A stretch of DNA of 64,000 bases from the human T2T-CHM13v2.0 reference genome, Homo sapiens. The stretch lies in NCBI RefSeq assembly GCF_009914755.1, contig NC_060934.1. The stretch is one strand, 5' to 3'. Positions within the stretch are counted from its first letter, which is position 1; each line of letters begins with the position of its first letter. Shown here piece by piece: positions 37,899 to 51,904 of this stretch. A model generated the notes under the pieces. That model was given only the letters and a program-made list of their open reading frames with translations, was not told the DNA's origin and searched no databases. The translations under genes and the position numbers were made by a program.

Positions 37899-40020
37899 TA
37901 GACGGGGTAGCATGCAGTGTCTGGATTGTGAGGAACAAGACCAGGCCTTGGTTACAGGTGGGCTGCGAGGAGGACGCTGAGGACCCTTAGAGGAAATGTT
38001 TCCCCAGGGCAGCCGGGAGGGACACGGCTTTGGCAGTGGCAACATGGACTACATTTTCAAGGAGTGTGGAGTGAAGGGGAGGAGGGGCCTGGTTCCTGGA
38101 GGCAGCAAAGTTAAAGTAGTTTTTTTTTCTTTACCCAAAGGGAGACCTAAGAGAGTCTCTTGGCCAGCAGAGAAAGGAACAAGCAGCAGTGAGGGAAAGA
38201 GAAAATGCAGGCAAGAAAGGTGGGATTCATGGTGTGAGTCTCCAGGAAGTCAGCTTAGGCTGGAGGAAGAGCCCTTTTTGCGGAGTGGAAAGGAGGTGTG
38301 CTCCAGAAAGCCTTGCACACACTGCAAGGAGGAAGGCGGGGAAGCTCATTCCAGAAGACAGGAACTTTGCTCATCGTCCAGCAGGGATTCCTGAGGAGGT
38401 GTGAGAAAGGATTGAAGGCTGGGGAGAGCCCCGGGGTGCTCAGAGAGCAAGATTTACAGTGAGCCCAGGCCTGGAGCTGTCATGAGAGGCCAAAGGAGGG
38501 ACGGTTGCATGCAAGGGTCAGATGGGGACCCTCTTCCTTAGGGTGGCCACAGTGGCTTCGTCTGTCTGGCCAGCATTTTCCAGAGCTTACCTGTCTGATT
38601 CTGACCCCAGATTTGTCCTTCCCTTGGGCCTCTGGCCTCCCCTTCAGCCTGGCTGCATCTAGCCTCCTGCCTGGCCCCTGGAACAGGCATTGCCCCCCTT
38701 CCCTGCCCAGCCAGCCCTCCCAGCTGGTCCCTGCCCTTGGCCACACACCCATTATCTTTCCTGAGCCAGTGCTCCAAACACAGGGCCTTGGAACTTGCAG
38801 AAAGGTTACCAGCCCCACCCCTTATGGGGACATCTGCCCTCTGCTCACCTCATTTTGCTCAGGAATGATCTGGGCTGATGCCCAGGGCAAGGGCACCTCC
38901 CCTGCAATATCCCAGGCCGCAGAACTCAGCTATCCGAAAGCGGCAAGTTTGCAATGGCAAACTATTCTTGGCTCCAACCTGCTCGCTGCTGCTAATTTCA
39001 TGCCCCTGTGATCCAGGTAACGCTCTGCTGCCTTGAGCTGCCACCCCCAGGCTTGAATCGCTTTTCCTCGCCCGCCCGGTAGGAGCCCAGCTGCCTCTGC
39101 TGCTGCTTCCTGGAGGTGGGGGCTGCACAAAGCTGCCTCGCAGAAGCCACTCAGCAGCACGGACACTGAGTCTGCCGCAGCTCGTGACTAATTTGCTGCA
39201 CTTATTTCAAAGTGCCCAAATGGCATTCAGGGAAGAGAAAGCTTAACCAGGGTCTGCCAGAGATAAACGGGCTCATTTCGGGGCCTCCCTGCCCGAAGAA
39301 ACCTCTTTACCTGGACTCTGAGCCTGGAATTGAATTCTTCCAGAAGAGACCCTTAGCACGGAGCCTCTCAGTGTGGCGGAGGAGAGGAAATGTGGCCCGT
39401 CATAAAATGGGCCTCACATCTGGCCAGCTGGCTCTGGTGGGCTTTTAAATTGTGTTTGAAGAGCATCTCTCCCCTTTCCTGGTGTTCGCAAACTGGGTCA
39501 GTGTAGCAAATGGAAATGAGTTTCCTTCTCACCATAGCGAGCAACTCAAGTGCCCCCCTGCCCAGGCCAGCAGTGGCTCATCCACATTCACCCACCATAT
39601 GGGGGTACCCTGGCGCCTGGCACCCCTGGGCCAGGGCCTGTCCACAGTCTGGGTGAGGAACCCCCATGCCCACCCTGGGCCAGTCTGGGTGAGGCCCCCA
39701 TGCCCACTCTGGGGCTCTTTGCAGGGGTTGCAGAGTAAGGCGAGAGCTTGGAAGCCTGCCCCATGCTGCCCACCCACAGACACTCTTTAACATGGTCTTT
39801 GCTTAGCTGCCAACCATGTCCGTCAATTTTGGGTAACTGACAGAGGTGGGGGCTTTTCTCTTAATCTTTTTCTTTTCTTTTCTTTTTAAAACTACGAAGA
39901 CCCATAGGCCTCTGGAAATGCTGAGGGGAATGGGCGGTGGGATTTGAGAGAAAAGATTAGCTAATGTATTCCTTTACTCTTGTCTACCACTGCAGAAAGA
40001 GGAGAAAGAAATCAAACCCT

Positions 40021-40331
<311 letters not shown>

Positions 40332-43184
40332 TCATTTGCTGGCTTGGGCAGGTCACCTGCACCTTAGGGCCAGGTAGAAGAAAGACACTGCCCTCCCTGA
40401 GAGGAACGTGTCTCACATTCCTGCTTGCTGCTGGAAGGCATGTGGCTGCCAGGCCCAGCATCTGAGGCTTCCTGGTGATGCACCGCGACCCCAGTGATAG
40501 TGTTTGGGCTTGTGCCTCCAGGAGACAGACAACCTCAGCTAGAGCAGCTTATACATTTGTAGGGGGATGATAAATATGTCTCCACCCGGTCTCTGCCCTG
40601 CTCTGCAGCAAAAGATGCTGCCACCAGCACTCCCAATGTGGACCTCTGTGTACCTCTGGGAAATTCCTCTACCTCTGTGAGCCTCAGGCTGCTTATCTGT
40701 AAAATGAGAGCGATTCCAGCCCTGCCTCGCCCTCACTGGCTGTGGTAAGAGCACATGGGCTGGGGTGTGTGCAGGCCCTCTGGAAGCTGTGCTGCTTGCA
40801 TGTCAGAGTTCCCTGGCATTCTGCAGAGCTCCCACTTCCCCACCTGGGTTAACTGACTTTGATGCGATTACTTAGAGACTGGATGTTGAGTCCCACACCC
40901 TGCCTGAGCTCCAGGTCATTGCAGGGTGCAGATAACGCTAGGGAGATAGTGGTGCGCAGGGAGATCAGATCTCACATTCAGGGAGCACAGCTATCCCTCT
41001 GTTCCTCAGAGCTGGGCCTCTCCCACGTAGGTTTGAGAATTCAGAGGTGACTGATGGGCCTCTCTGCCATTAGCGCTCTGGGGGTTGAGTGCCTTGGCTG
41101 CTTGAGGTTCTGCCAGCCCTCCTGTGGATGGGATGGACAACACAGTGTGGTTTGCTTCAGCTCAGGAGGGGCTGTTGGTGCTAAGGAAGCCTCAGGTTGC
41201 TTTCAACAGATGAGCTGCGCTGGCATCCTCACTGGTGGGGAAGCATCCCTTCATGCTTTTGTGCCAGCCGTTCTGTCCTGTTGGGAATGTTTCTCTCCCC
41301 ACTGGCACCCATACCTGCCATATCTGTCTGACATGCTTCCCCCAATCTTTCCAGCTGCCGTCCAAGATGGCCCTGGTGGAAACCCCCCAGAGCCCCTCCT
41401 TCCATGCCCCCCAACACTTTGTATCTGTTGTACTCCAGCTCCAGGCTTGCGTCCACCTCCCCGAGGGCACGCAGGTGCCACAGCTCCTCCGTTGTATCCA
41501 CCCAGCCACCAGCACAGCACTGGCACACGGGCTTGACACCTCTTCAGCAAACAAAGGGACAGGTCAAAACAGGAAGAGGTGCTGACCTGCACAGAAGTGG
41601 CTGCCCAGCCAGGGCTGAGCACCATGAGATTACTAACCAGCCTAAGGGTCTCCTGCCCAGGGCCCTCCTGCTGGGGCAGAGAAACTTGCTTGGGAGGCCT
41701 GTCACCTCCTAATGTCTTTGCCCTGCATCCACCTGCGTTCCAGCCCTGCCTTCTTGCTGAGTCATACCCAGCCTTTCACCTCTGGTTCTATAAGGCCCAC
41801 ATTGACCCCCAGGCCTCCAGGCTTTTAGTCAGCTATGTAAACAGAGCTGCTGTGGCATAATTCTGAGTGGCGCCATTCCTATCACAAGCCTACAGGTCTG
41901 GTGCCCCTGGAGTTGTGCAAAGTTCAACCTCCACCATCATACACAGTGGCCCCACTGCCAGCTCCCTGACGATCTTCTCATCCCCCAACTCCTCTATGGC
42001 TGGAGCTGGCCTTTGGGTCCATGTGCTCATCTCTAGAAGTGGAGTTGGTTGTAGGGGTAGAACAAATCAAAACAGACTTTTGAGGGAGCTCTCAGGAATC
42101 AGGCCCCAGTGGAGGTGAACTCTGTGAACGATCCCCAAACACTGCTGTACATAAAATCCCCCATTCATTAGATGGATGGATTGCTTTGGGGGCAGTCTTG
42201 TTACCATCCTAGTCACAGTGAGTTTGGAGCTGTATTCAAATGTTTTCACATTTCCGTAAGTAAAATGGGAGAAGATAGCCCCAACACCTCTTGGAAGCAA
42301 ATGAGATGAACCCAGGAGGGACATGCCAGCTGCCTGGCTACAAAGTAAATAATCAAGAGTGGAACGTAGACCTTCGCCGCTGGTTTCTTAGGAAGGCAGT
42401 GCTGGTGGGAATACTCCATCAGGGAGTGCGGTCCAGGGAAGTAAGAGGGAGGGAAAGGGAAGTAGGGCTGGGACACAGAGAGCAAACACAATGGGCGATG
42501 GTATTTTGGAGCGGCCACAGCTTTGCAGCAGCACACACGGAACACCTTGGAAAAGTCTTGTGGAGCCACCACGTTCAGAGCAGCCAGTCTGGGGAGAGGA
42601 GAGGCGGGCGAACGATCTGTGGGCTCCTTCCAGCTCCTGCCTCTCATTGGTTAAAGTGGGTCTCACGGGGCTTGACTCCCCCATCCTCAGGGGAGCGTCC
42701 CCCACCCCTCTCACAGCCACTGGTGCAGCCTAGCAGGGCGTGGGGTCTCTCTGTGGGGGTCAGCTCCTCCTTTGGTGGCAGTGGTGGCAGCAGTGGCAGT
42801 GATTTTATGACCATGGGACCAATGGCTGTGGACAGGGGACCAAGGTGAGTTACCTGAGGGGCAGGCAGGGTAAGTCCGTCTGGAGCAACATCCACTAAGT
42901 CCGTTTCTTGAAATCAGCACATGCCACCTGCAAAAACCCTAATTTCAGCAGAGGGTTTGGTGGGGAAGGGCTGCAGGGACTGGTGTGCTAACCCTCTGTG
43001 CCCCTCATGGGTGAGCACACTGCTCCTCCTGTCTCTTGGGGGGTCAAAGAAAGGAACATGATCAACTGTCCTGGTTTTCTTCAAGGAACTGAATTTAAAT
43101 TGAAACAGGAAGGCTGAAATATTCAGGAAAACCCTGATTAGTAGGAACCCAGCTATCGGAAACCCTCATGAATTAGGAATCTAT

Positions 43185-43705
43185 CTCTGCCTAGCAAAAT
43201 ACTACAAATGAGTGGCTTAAAACAACCTGGATTTATAATTACAGGGTTTCTGTGGGCCAGAAGTCCAGGCACAGCTTAGCTGGGTCTCCTGCCTGAATTT
43301 GCACAAGGCTGCAATCAGTCAGCCAGAGCTACAGTCTCCTCTGAGGCTTAGCTGGAGAAAGGTCACTTCCAAGCCCACTCCAGTTGTTGGCAGAATTCAG
43401 TTCCTAGTGGTTGTAGGCCTGAGAGCTTCAGTTTCTTGTGGGGAGAGGGCTGGAGACCGCCCTCAGCAACTTGGGGTTCCATGCCAGGTAGGGTTCCCCA
43501 ACATGGCCACTTGCCTCCCCAAATCTGGCAAGGGAGGAAAAGAGTCCAGCAATGTGGGTGCTACAGTCCTATGTAACACCTCATGTTTGCTCTACTCTCT
43601 CGGTTGGAAGCAGCCACAGGTCTCATCCACACTCAGGGGAGGGCATCGCACAGGTGTGAGCATCAGGAGGCACGGATCACAGGCCACCTTAGAGTCTGCC
43701 ACCAC
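43185..43705 (-). mobile_element. MaLR LTR (MLT1-like)
   Basis: gtggcttaaaacaac...tttctgtgggccagaagtccaggcacagcttagctgggtc...gttgttggcagaattcagttcct...cttagagtctgcc. Confidence 0.75.
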
Positions 43706-44534
43706 ACCTCATTTTAGAACTTTTCCTATAGGCAAAAGCAGCAAATAATTGAATACAACCCACCATGTGTTTCTATCAGGAATTAAGTGGTTTGTTTTTA
43801 TAAATTCTGTGGGATGTGCTGAGTCAACTCCTGTCACCATGTGCATCTCCATCTCCTGATCTGTGCTCATGGAATGATGGCCTGGCCTCAAGTCTGTTCT
43901 CTGAGTTCTTTGTAAGGCAGAGAAATGGGCCCAGACAACAGAAAGAGACTCAGAGTCTTATCCAGTGGTCAATATCCAAAAAGCTTTTCAACATTAAATG
44001 ATACCTTTTACTGCTTCAATATCAACAAACAGGCACATTCAGTTACCTGAAAAATTCTCATTCAGGGAACCTGAGCCTGCTCGAAGAAACAAAATCATCA
44101 GAGATTCTGCATTACACAGATCGAGCAGCCACTGGATGAAGGGGCCTCACCGGGGCTTGGGCTGGGGGCAGACGCAGCCCCATCTGCAGCCCTCTCCTCC
44201 TAAGGGCCTCTCTCCTTCATTCTACTCAGTGTCCTCCCAGCCTCAGAGGCCCAGCCACTGTGTCAAGATGTAATTGACTGAGTGCCCCCGACCAGTCCAG
44301 GCTCTACTGAGCCCATCAGGGCAGGAACAATGAGGTGCAGCTCAAAGGCTATTTCTCAGGCTCATGGTTGACGGACCTCACTAGCTGCGATTATCATTTT
44401 AATTGCAAGGCCACCACAGCCTTATATTCAGGGTACAGATTTCAAAGACCACAAAGCACTCTGCAGGCTTCAAAGGGAACTATGGAAGGCTTGTGCTTCA
44501 GACTCAAAGGGGCCCATGACATCTTTCTTTCTGT

Positions 44535-44811
44535 TATTTTTTAGAGATGGGGTCTCACTCTGTTGCCCAGGCTAAAGTGCAGTGGTTTACTCACTGCAGC
44601 CTCGAACTCCTTGCTCCAGCAATCCCCCTGCCTCAGCCTTCTGAGTAGCTGGGACTTACAGGTGCATACCACCATGCCCGACTAATTTTTTTATTTTTTG
44701 TAGAGACAGAGTCTCACTATTTGCCCAGGGTGGTCTCCTGGGTTCAAGCCATCCTCCCACCTTGGCCTCCCAAAATGCTGGGATTACAAGTATGAGTCAC
44801 CATGCCCAGCC
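44535..44811 (-). mobile_element. Alu (AluJ-like), about 0.95 kb upstream of exon 3
   Basis: Antisense dimeric Alu. Confidence 0.9.
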
Positions 44812-45214
44812 TTGTTTTGTTTTTAAAGATAGGTATATTAAGAGATAATGCACACATAGTACAGTCCATCCTAATGACTGGACATTCTTTGAGTTTTCAC
44901 AGACACATACAGCTGCCACACAGCTGCTTTAGCTGTGAGTTCCAGCACATCATAATCAGGCAATTCATCTGTCTGTGTTTGCACAGTTCTTTGTCACACC
45001 CCTGAGCTGCTGCCAGAAAATGCCCTTTTTCCTCATTCTGTGCAATCTAGGAGCTACTTCCCCAAATGGCTTTGACCTTCTGTAGCTGCTCTATCAAGAG
45101 AGAAAATCCAGAGTGAGAACAGAGTTTCCCTGTAGGGAGCAGGGCCTCTTGTATATCTAAGAGGTCACTTTGTGGCAAGAAAGCGAGAATGTGGTTGGGT
45201 CACAAGAAAACCCA

Positions 45215-45350
45215 AGCGAGCGGTGCCTCATGCCTGTAATACCAGCACTTTGCGGGGCCAAGGCGAGAGGATCACTTGAGCTCAGGAGTTTGAGACCAGC
45301 CTGGGCAACATAGCAAGACCTCGTCTCTACTAAAAACTTAAAAACAAAAA
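45215..45350 (+). mobile_element. Alu left monomer (FLAM-like)
   Basis: gcggtgcctcatgcctgtaataccagcactttg...catagcaagacctcgtctctactaaaa. Confidence 0.85.
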
Positions 45351-45646
45351 CGTGGATAGTCTTGCATTTTGGTGATAGGCCAAGAAGGCTGATAGGTCAA
45401 ACTTTTCTTTTCAGACATAACACTGAGTTCTGTCCCCATGGCCTCAGTCCATGGGCAGAAGTGTGGGCTGCACAGCACCAAGGGCCTCACTGGGGACAGG
45501 AACGACTTATCCTTCCTATGCCTCTAGCACTTAGTACAGCTGACATTGGCAGCTATTTGTTGAGTGGCTGAGTGAGCGGTCTTAGGCTGGAGATGGGGTG
45601 GGGCCTTGTTTGGAGGTGGGCTCACCCACGGCTCCTGGGTGTCTGA

Positions 45647-45838
<192 letters not shown>

Positions 45839-46739
45839 TAGGCGGCTCTCTTCCCTCTCTCAGGCCTCTGCCTTGGTCTCCTGCCTCCTCTACTCCCCTC
45901 TTGCCTGCAGCTGCTTTTTTTCTGCCTACTTAAGTGGTGGTCACCAAAGTAGGATGCAGCAGCTCAGATTTATGCATGAAGAGTGAGAAGTCAGATCAGA
46001 TCCCTGGTGATGCCCCCAGGGAGCTGGGCTGTCACTCTCCAGCCACATACTGTGACATCGCTGTGACATTGTGGCAGCAGCCAGTGGGAAGTGTGTGGGG
46101 ATGCAGGGGTCTTCCTCCCTTCTCTTCTCAGGGATCCTGTCAGTCTGCAAGTCTGTGGCCCAGAATGGGTCACCTGACTGTTCAGTGCTAAGCTGGTAAC
46201 ACCAGCTCCTGTGTCAACCACTCCCAAGAGGGCTCACGGGGGAAGTTCCAACATTGTAATGGTAAGGGCCACGAGAGGCTCCATCTGGATATGCCTGGGA
46301 AGGAGTTATTCAGGAGCTAGCTGGGCAAATTAGCATGTCCATAGACCCCCGTGGGTGACTTGCTGGCTCAAATTCTCAATTTGAGTTTACAAAGACAATA
46401 GCCCTAGCTACTTTGCCTGCATTTCTCCTAAGCTGCCACTAAATGATATCAATGGCTATGTTATGGTCGGTCCAGAAACCTGGGCTGCTGTTCGCCATGG
46501 CCTACTAAAACCTGAGGTCACTGATAGCAAATCTGTTTTGCCCAGTTCTAATCAATTTGTAGTGACTGCCAGATCTCTAGCTGGACAAGATTCTAAGGCA
46601 GGTCTGGCTTCAGGGAGGGTGCTGGGATTGATTAGTGATGTCTGCTCTGGGTGCAAGAGGAGAGAGGGCACCACGAGTGTCTTTTACATGCTGAGCCTGA
46701 ATAGATCAGTCTTTCCAAACATATTATGTCATGGGGATA

Positions 46740-47120
46740 TTGCAGTTATCTGTTACATAATATGATCCCAAAGCATAGTGGCTTAAAACAATACAAGTCA
46801 TGAGTACTTCTCATGTTCTGGGGGTTATCGAGGTTCAGCTGTCATACTCTCTCCTGCAGTTGCAGTCAGATGGCAGCTGGAGCTGGAGCCATTCATATCC
46901 CCTCTCTCTCTCTCTTCTCTCTTTGTAGTGTCACATGTCAGCCTCAGGGTAATAGGATGGCTTACCCAGTGGCTGAGAACAAGGGAGAGGCTGCGTGGTT
47001 TTTACAACCTGGTCTTGGAAGTCATGTGCTGTCACTTTTGCCACACTTGACTGGTTTGGGCAGTCACAAAGCCCCCTTCATTTCAAGGGGACATAGATCC
47101 CACCTCCCAATGGAATTTGC
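46740..47120 (-). mobile_element. MaLR LTR (MLT1-like)
   Basis: cccaaagcatagtggcttaaaacaa...ggtcttggaagtcatgtgctgtcacttttgccacac...tcaaggggacatagatcccacctc. Confidence 0.65.
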
Positions 47121-47954
47121 ACCCTTCTCCAAACCAAAGTGCAGTCTGGAAGAATGAGAAGGAGAGGGGCGTTGCAGCCCCTCTCACCAGCCAACTGGCC
47201 TTCACAGGCGTCACTCCTGCCTTCCTAGGGCCATAGTCAGTGTCCTAGCAGAGGGGGCACAGCCTGCGGAGACCGCCACCCCAGGAGGAGAGTAGAGGAG
47301 GGCAGAGCAGGGGTCCTGGCTGCGCCTCGCAGGAGAGAGGGTGTGTTGAGAGCCAGTGCAGGCAGGAGCAGGAGGCGAGGAAGAGGGGAGACAGCCGTGG
47401 TGGGGGGAGCCCTTGGCTCACTTATGGTTTTATCTGTCTACTCGCTCAGCCCGCCCAGAGGATGTGGGGCTGTTTGTCCAGCCCAGATAGCCTAGAGAGA
47501 GCTCCCAGCCCCTTCCAGTTCCAGAATCACCATCTGAACTATAGCAAGAGTGTAATGCCTCGATCACCCCTTGTCATGTCCCTTAGGCTGCACTGCAACC
47601 CAGGAGGGAGGCTGTGACATTGCCTCATTTTCCAGGTGGAAATCAGGAGACCACAGGGGCACCATGGGACAGCTGAGTCTGCCTGTTGCCTCTTCAGTGG
47701 TCTGGAGGTCCCACAGGCTGAAAGTACTCCTGGGCCATGGGTCAGGAGTGGCAGGGAACGTCCAGCCTCTGGGCTGTGAGAGAATGCTAGCCAATTAACA
47801 GTAGCACTTCTGAGCATTATATCCTGCAGATGCATTATCTCTTTTAACCCTCACGGCAGCCTAAGAGCTGGAAACTGCTGTGACCCTGGTTTGAGATGGG
47901 AAAACAGGCTCGTGGAGGTGACTGGCCCAAGGGAAGGTGGCCATTAAGGATGGA

Positions 47955-48225
47955 GCCAGGCGGAGTGCAGTGGCTCAAACCTGTAATCTCAGCACTTTGG
48001 GAGGCCAAGTCAGGAGGATTGCTTGAGCCCAGGAGTTTGAGAGAACGCTGGGCACTATAGCAAGATACTGTTTCTACAAAAATAAATTTTTAAAAAATTA
48101 GCCTGGCACGGTGACACATGCATGTAGTCCCAGCTACTCAGTAGGCTGAGGCAGGAGGATCGCTTGAGCCGAGGAGTTCAAGTCTGCAGTGAGCTATGGT
48201 CACGTCACTGCACTCCAGCCTCGGC
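47955..48225 (+). mobile_element. Alu (AluJ-like) inserted in a MIR
   Basis: Sense dimeric Alu; MIR text on both flanks. Confidence 0.88.
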
Positions 48226-51200
48226 TAGAATGAAAGGGAGGAGTCAGGATTTGAACTGGGACCTTCTCACCCTACATCTGTGCTTGGAACCCCTGAGCCA
48301 CCTACATCCTAGTTCCCCAGCTTTGCACCCACCCCTGCCCCTGCAGGCAGAACCACTCCCAAGATCCTTCTAGTGAGAGCCCTGTCTCTCCGGGATTCAG
48401 GCTGCTGGGATGGAAGGGGGTGGTTAAGAAGGGCTGGGTCTGTCTCCAGTGAGATGTGGGCCCCCAGGCCAGCTGCCCTCTGAGATTGGGTCCCGGCAGA
48501 TGGCTCAGCAGTTACAGGACATTCTCAGAGGGAATTAGCCCACCCCTGGCCTGCCCCTGCTCCTCCTAGGCTCTAGGAGAGGGGACAAGGGCAATGCAGG
48601 AACATCCTCTGAGGCCTCCATCTGTTTCCAGGCTGTGGGAAGATGGTCTGGGGCTAAGCTGTTTTTTATTTAATGTGCGAGATTGAAAAGTCTCCTTTTC
48701 TCCCCTCCTGGAGAACCGTGGCTTTCCCGACTGGCTTATCCATAATCGCCAAGTGTTTTATTATGTTAAATCTGCAGCATCATAAATACTTATGAGGAGG
48801 ATTTACATCTTGGAGACTTATGAAGAAATCATAAGTGGGGTCCTGAGCCCTCACGAGTCAGGGAGTCGGGGGACCGGCAACCTGGGTACTGGAGGCAGCC
48901 TCTCCAAGAGTCTTCACAGGACTGAGACCTGCCCCAGGGTCTTGGTCTTGAAGCTGTCCTCTTGGCCATGCCCTGTCTCCAAGTAGAACCCCAGACGTTA
49001 GAGCAGCTGAAAGTCTAGACTTTCCTAAGACCCTAAGAGCACCACTGTCCCCTGGGCCACTCTCCCTTCCTGGGTGGAAGCAGCAGAGAGGGAAGCCAGT
49101 GTCCTCTGTTCATGCCTGTGGACCAGGCTTGCAGCTGGCACATTTCATGAAGCTTGATGAATGTTGAAAATAGCCCTAGAGCCCACGGATGGAGGCTCTG
49201 GGCAAGAGTGGTTTATGCAGCAGATAATTAGCAGGCGGGAAGGAGACCTGTGCGGGTGAAGGGCCATGTAGGGGGACAGAGGAGGGGACAGAGCAGCGTT
49301 CCACACTGCATCGTTTCTGGAATGCATTTGGTATTGACCTCCTCCTCTCTGATTCCTCCCCAACTTTCCTGCCCTGGGGGTACCTGAGTAAGCAGTCCCC
49401 CAGCTCTCTGCAAAACAACCTTCCTGTTCAAGGAACTTATTACCTTGTAGCGACAGGCACACAGGAGGGCTCCCATGATGCTGCACCATTCCTGCTGGAC
49501 TTTTTCCTGGCCGTGTCTGTGAGGAGGCAGTTAGAGGCAGAGGCCATTCCCGAGGCTGGCGGATGTTTCCGGCTGGACTTCCTGCCATGCTGAGGCAGCA
49601 GGGATCAAGAAGCAGACAGCCGCTGGGAGGTTCAGACCAGCATGAAACCTCCCCACCCCCGGGTGCTACTGATCTCCCTTGCTTGTCAATTTGTACATCC
49701 AGCAAATATTTACCCAGTGCCTGCCAGGCCCTGTGCCTGTGCTGGGGGAGAACAAGGCAGGGCTCTGCCTTTGCAGCGCGCCTCATCTTTCCAGCCTGGC
49801 CTTTGCCTCCTTCTTGCCCCAAGGAACTGGTTCAAACTTCTTGGCATTTGTTCCCAACCTCTCTCTCCACTTGAATTTTTTCAGATTTAGAATCATTAGC
49901 TGTTAGGGACCTTAATATTATCGGGTCTAGCTGCTTCTTTTTAGAGATGAAGGGACTGAGGCCCAGAGAGGTTGAATATTTGTCAGGGGTTACACGGAGA
50001 GCCGATGACAGAGCTGGGCAGGGCTCCGGTCTCCTGACTCAGGCTCCATGCCCTGCTGGCCCTTATCTTGGGAGTGGGTGGGACAGCTCCAGCTGCTAGG
50101 AGAGGGTGGGGACACTGTGTGACAGAGCTGAGTGTGTAGGACCACCTCGAGCATCAGGGGTAAGTCTTGACTGCTGGCCTCCAGGGCCCCTGCTGTACTC
50201 TTACGATAGATGCTCCGGGCCGCCAAGGGTCCAGGTGTCTACCTGGCTGCCCAACAGCTCCTGTCCAGGCCAAAGCCCCTGCAGACCTTGAGAAGATGTG
50301 TGTCAGTGTGAGGTCTTCATGGGCATCTTAATGCAAGGTTCCCCACAAGCAGGCCCTGAAACAAGGATTCAAATGCGAGTAGTTTATCTGGGAGGTGAAG
50401 GTGGGAGAGTATGGAATGGGGACAGGAAAGGGAAGGCAGTCAGCAGAGGATGCCTTATCAAGTCAGCTCCTTCAGGAGGGACAAGAACACAGTCCTGCTG
50501 GGGATCTTGGAGAGCCAGTGTGGAGCATGGCTGAGCAGGAGGGAGCTGGGGTATTTATGTACCAACTTCCCTAGTCATTGGTTGAAGGCTGCTCTTAGGA
50601 GGTGTTCCTTACCTGTCACTCCCAGGTAAGTAACACCACTCCTGGAGTTGTAAAAGGGAGGGCACATGGGCAGGACACCAGCAGCATTGCTGTAGCTTCT
50701 GACCATATCATTCCCAGCTTGAAACCCTGATGTACCTCTTTGCGTTAGTGGGTACTTTGAGTACCCACAATAAAAGGATGTCCTCTTTAAGTGAAAATTA
50801 AAGGCAGGTCCACCTTTAGGCATCTTTGGATCTAGGGGATCTCCTCTGCACCACCCCTGGGCTCCGTGTGTCTCTGCATGGCTTTTCCTCCATGTCTAGC
50901 CTCGCCCTACGCAACTGGCTAGATGGCAGCCAGCAGCCCCAGACACAGTCTCGGCAGCGAGCTTCTCTCCACGGCTCCCATGTAGCAGTCCCAGGGAAGA
51001 CTTAAAGATCCTATGTGGGTCACATGCTAATTCCTAACTCAACCCCAGGGTCTAGGAGCAGGCAACACTCTGACTGCCCCAGGCTGCGTCACATGCCTGT
51101 TGTTTGTGGCTGTGTGGGTGTGGGTGTGGGCAACCTGGCTGACCACCTCCCCAGGATGACTAGGCGAAGGAATGTTCTCCCAGGGAACATTGTGCTGGCA

Positions 51201-51856
51201 GACAAAGGCCCCACACCCCGCCCTCCTCCAGGACATGAGTCCACGCCTCTCCCCAGCATCACCTCTGTGCTCCTCTGCTCGCATCTTGACTACAGCCAGA
51301 GTCCATTTGCAGCTCCCTGAACATGCCTCACTCTCTCTCCCAAGACACATGCACTTATATCCTCCCATTCGTCGTTACCATCCAGCATAGACATTGCCTC
51401 CAAATGGCCTTCCACGATGCCCAGGGTGGGTTTTGTGCCCCTCAGATGTGCTGTGTGATGCCCTGGGGCCTCCTGATGGAGCACCTACCACAGTGAGATG
51501 ACATATCTGTTGCTGGTCTGTCCCGTGTCCTGGGCATCCAGCATAGTACTGGACACACAGTAGTTGCTCAATGCACATTTGCGGAATGACCACACCATTG
51601 AGTACACATGTTAACAGACTGAGTGATGGGCTGGGGCTCAGCACACCTGGGTTCTCATCCCAGCTCCCTACAGACTCACTCCACAACCTTGAACTGTCCC
51701 TTCATTTCTTGGGCTTCCTCATACCCCTTAGAAAGCAGTGACAGCACCTGCTCTCCCTTTAGCTGAGGACCAGAGGGAAACTCAAATTAGCCTGGGGCCA
51801 CAAAAGCACTTTGAAAAAATTCCTTTCTTGCTTTTCTTGCTCATCATTTCACACCT

Positions 51857-51858
<2 letters not shown>

Positions 51859-51902
<44 letters not shown>
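51859..51902 (+). repeat. (GT)22 microsatellite in intron 3
   Basis: Read directly. Confidence 0.97.

Positions 51903-51904
<2 letters not shown>

Noticed and set aside
48655-48800. AT-rich patch with TTTTAT / TAAT homeodomain-like words as an intronic enhancer
   Set aside because: Short degenerate motifs only; cannot be supported without conservation or chromatin data.
49145-49822. 225-aa antisense ORF in intron 3
   Set aside because: No recognisable domain, partly overlaps L2-like repeat text, and no promoter or splice evidence.
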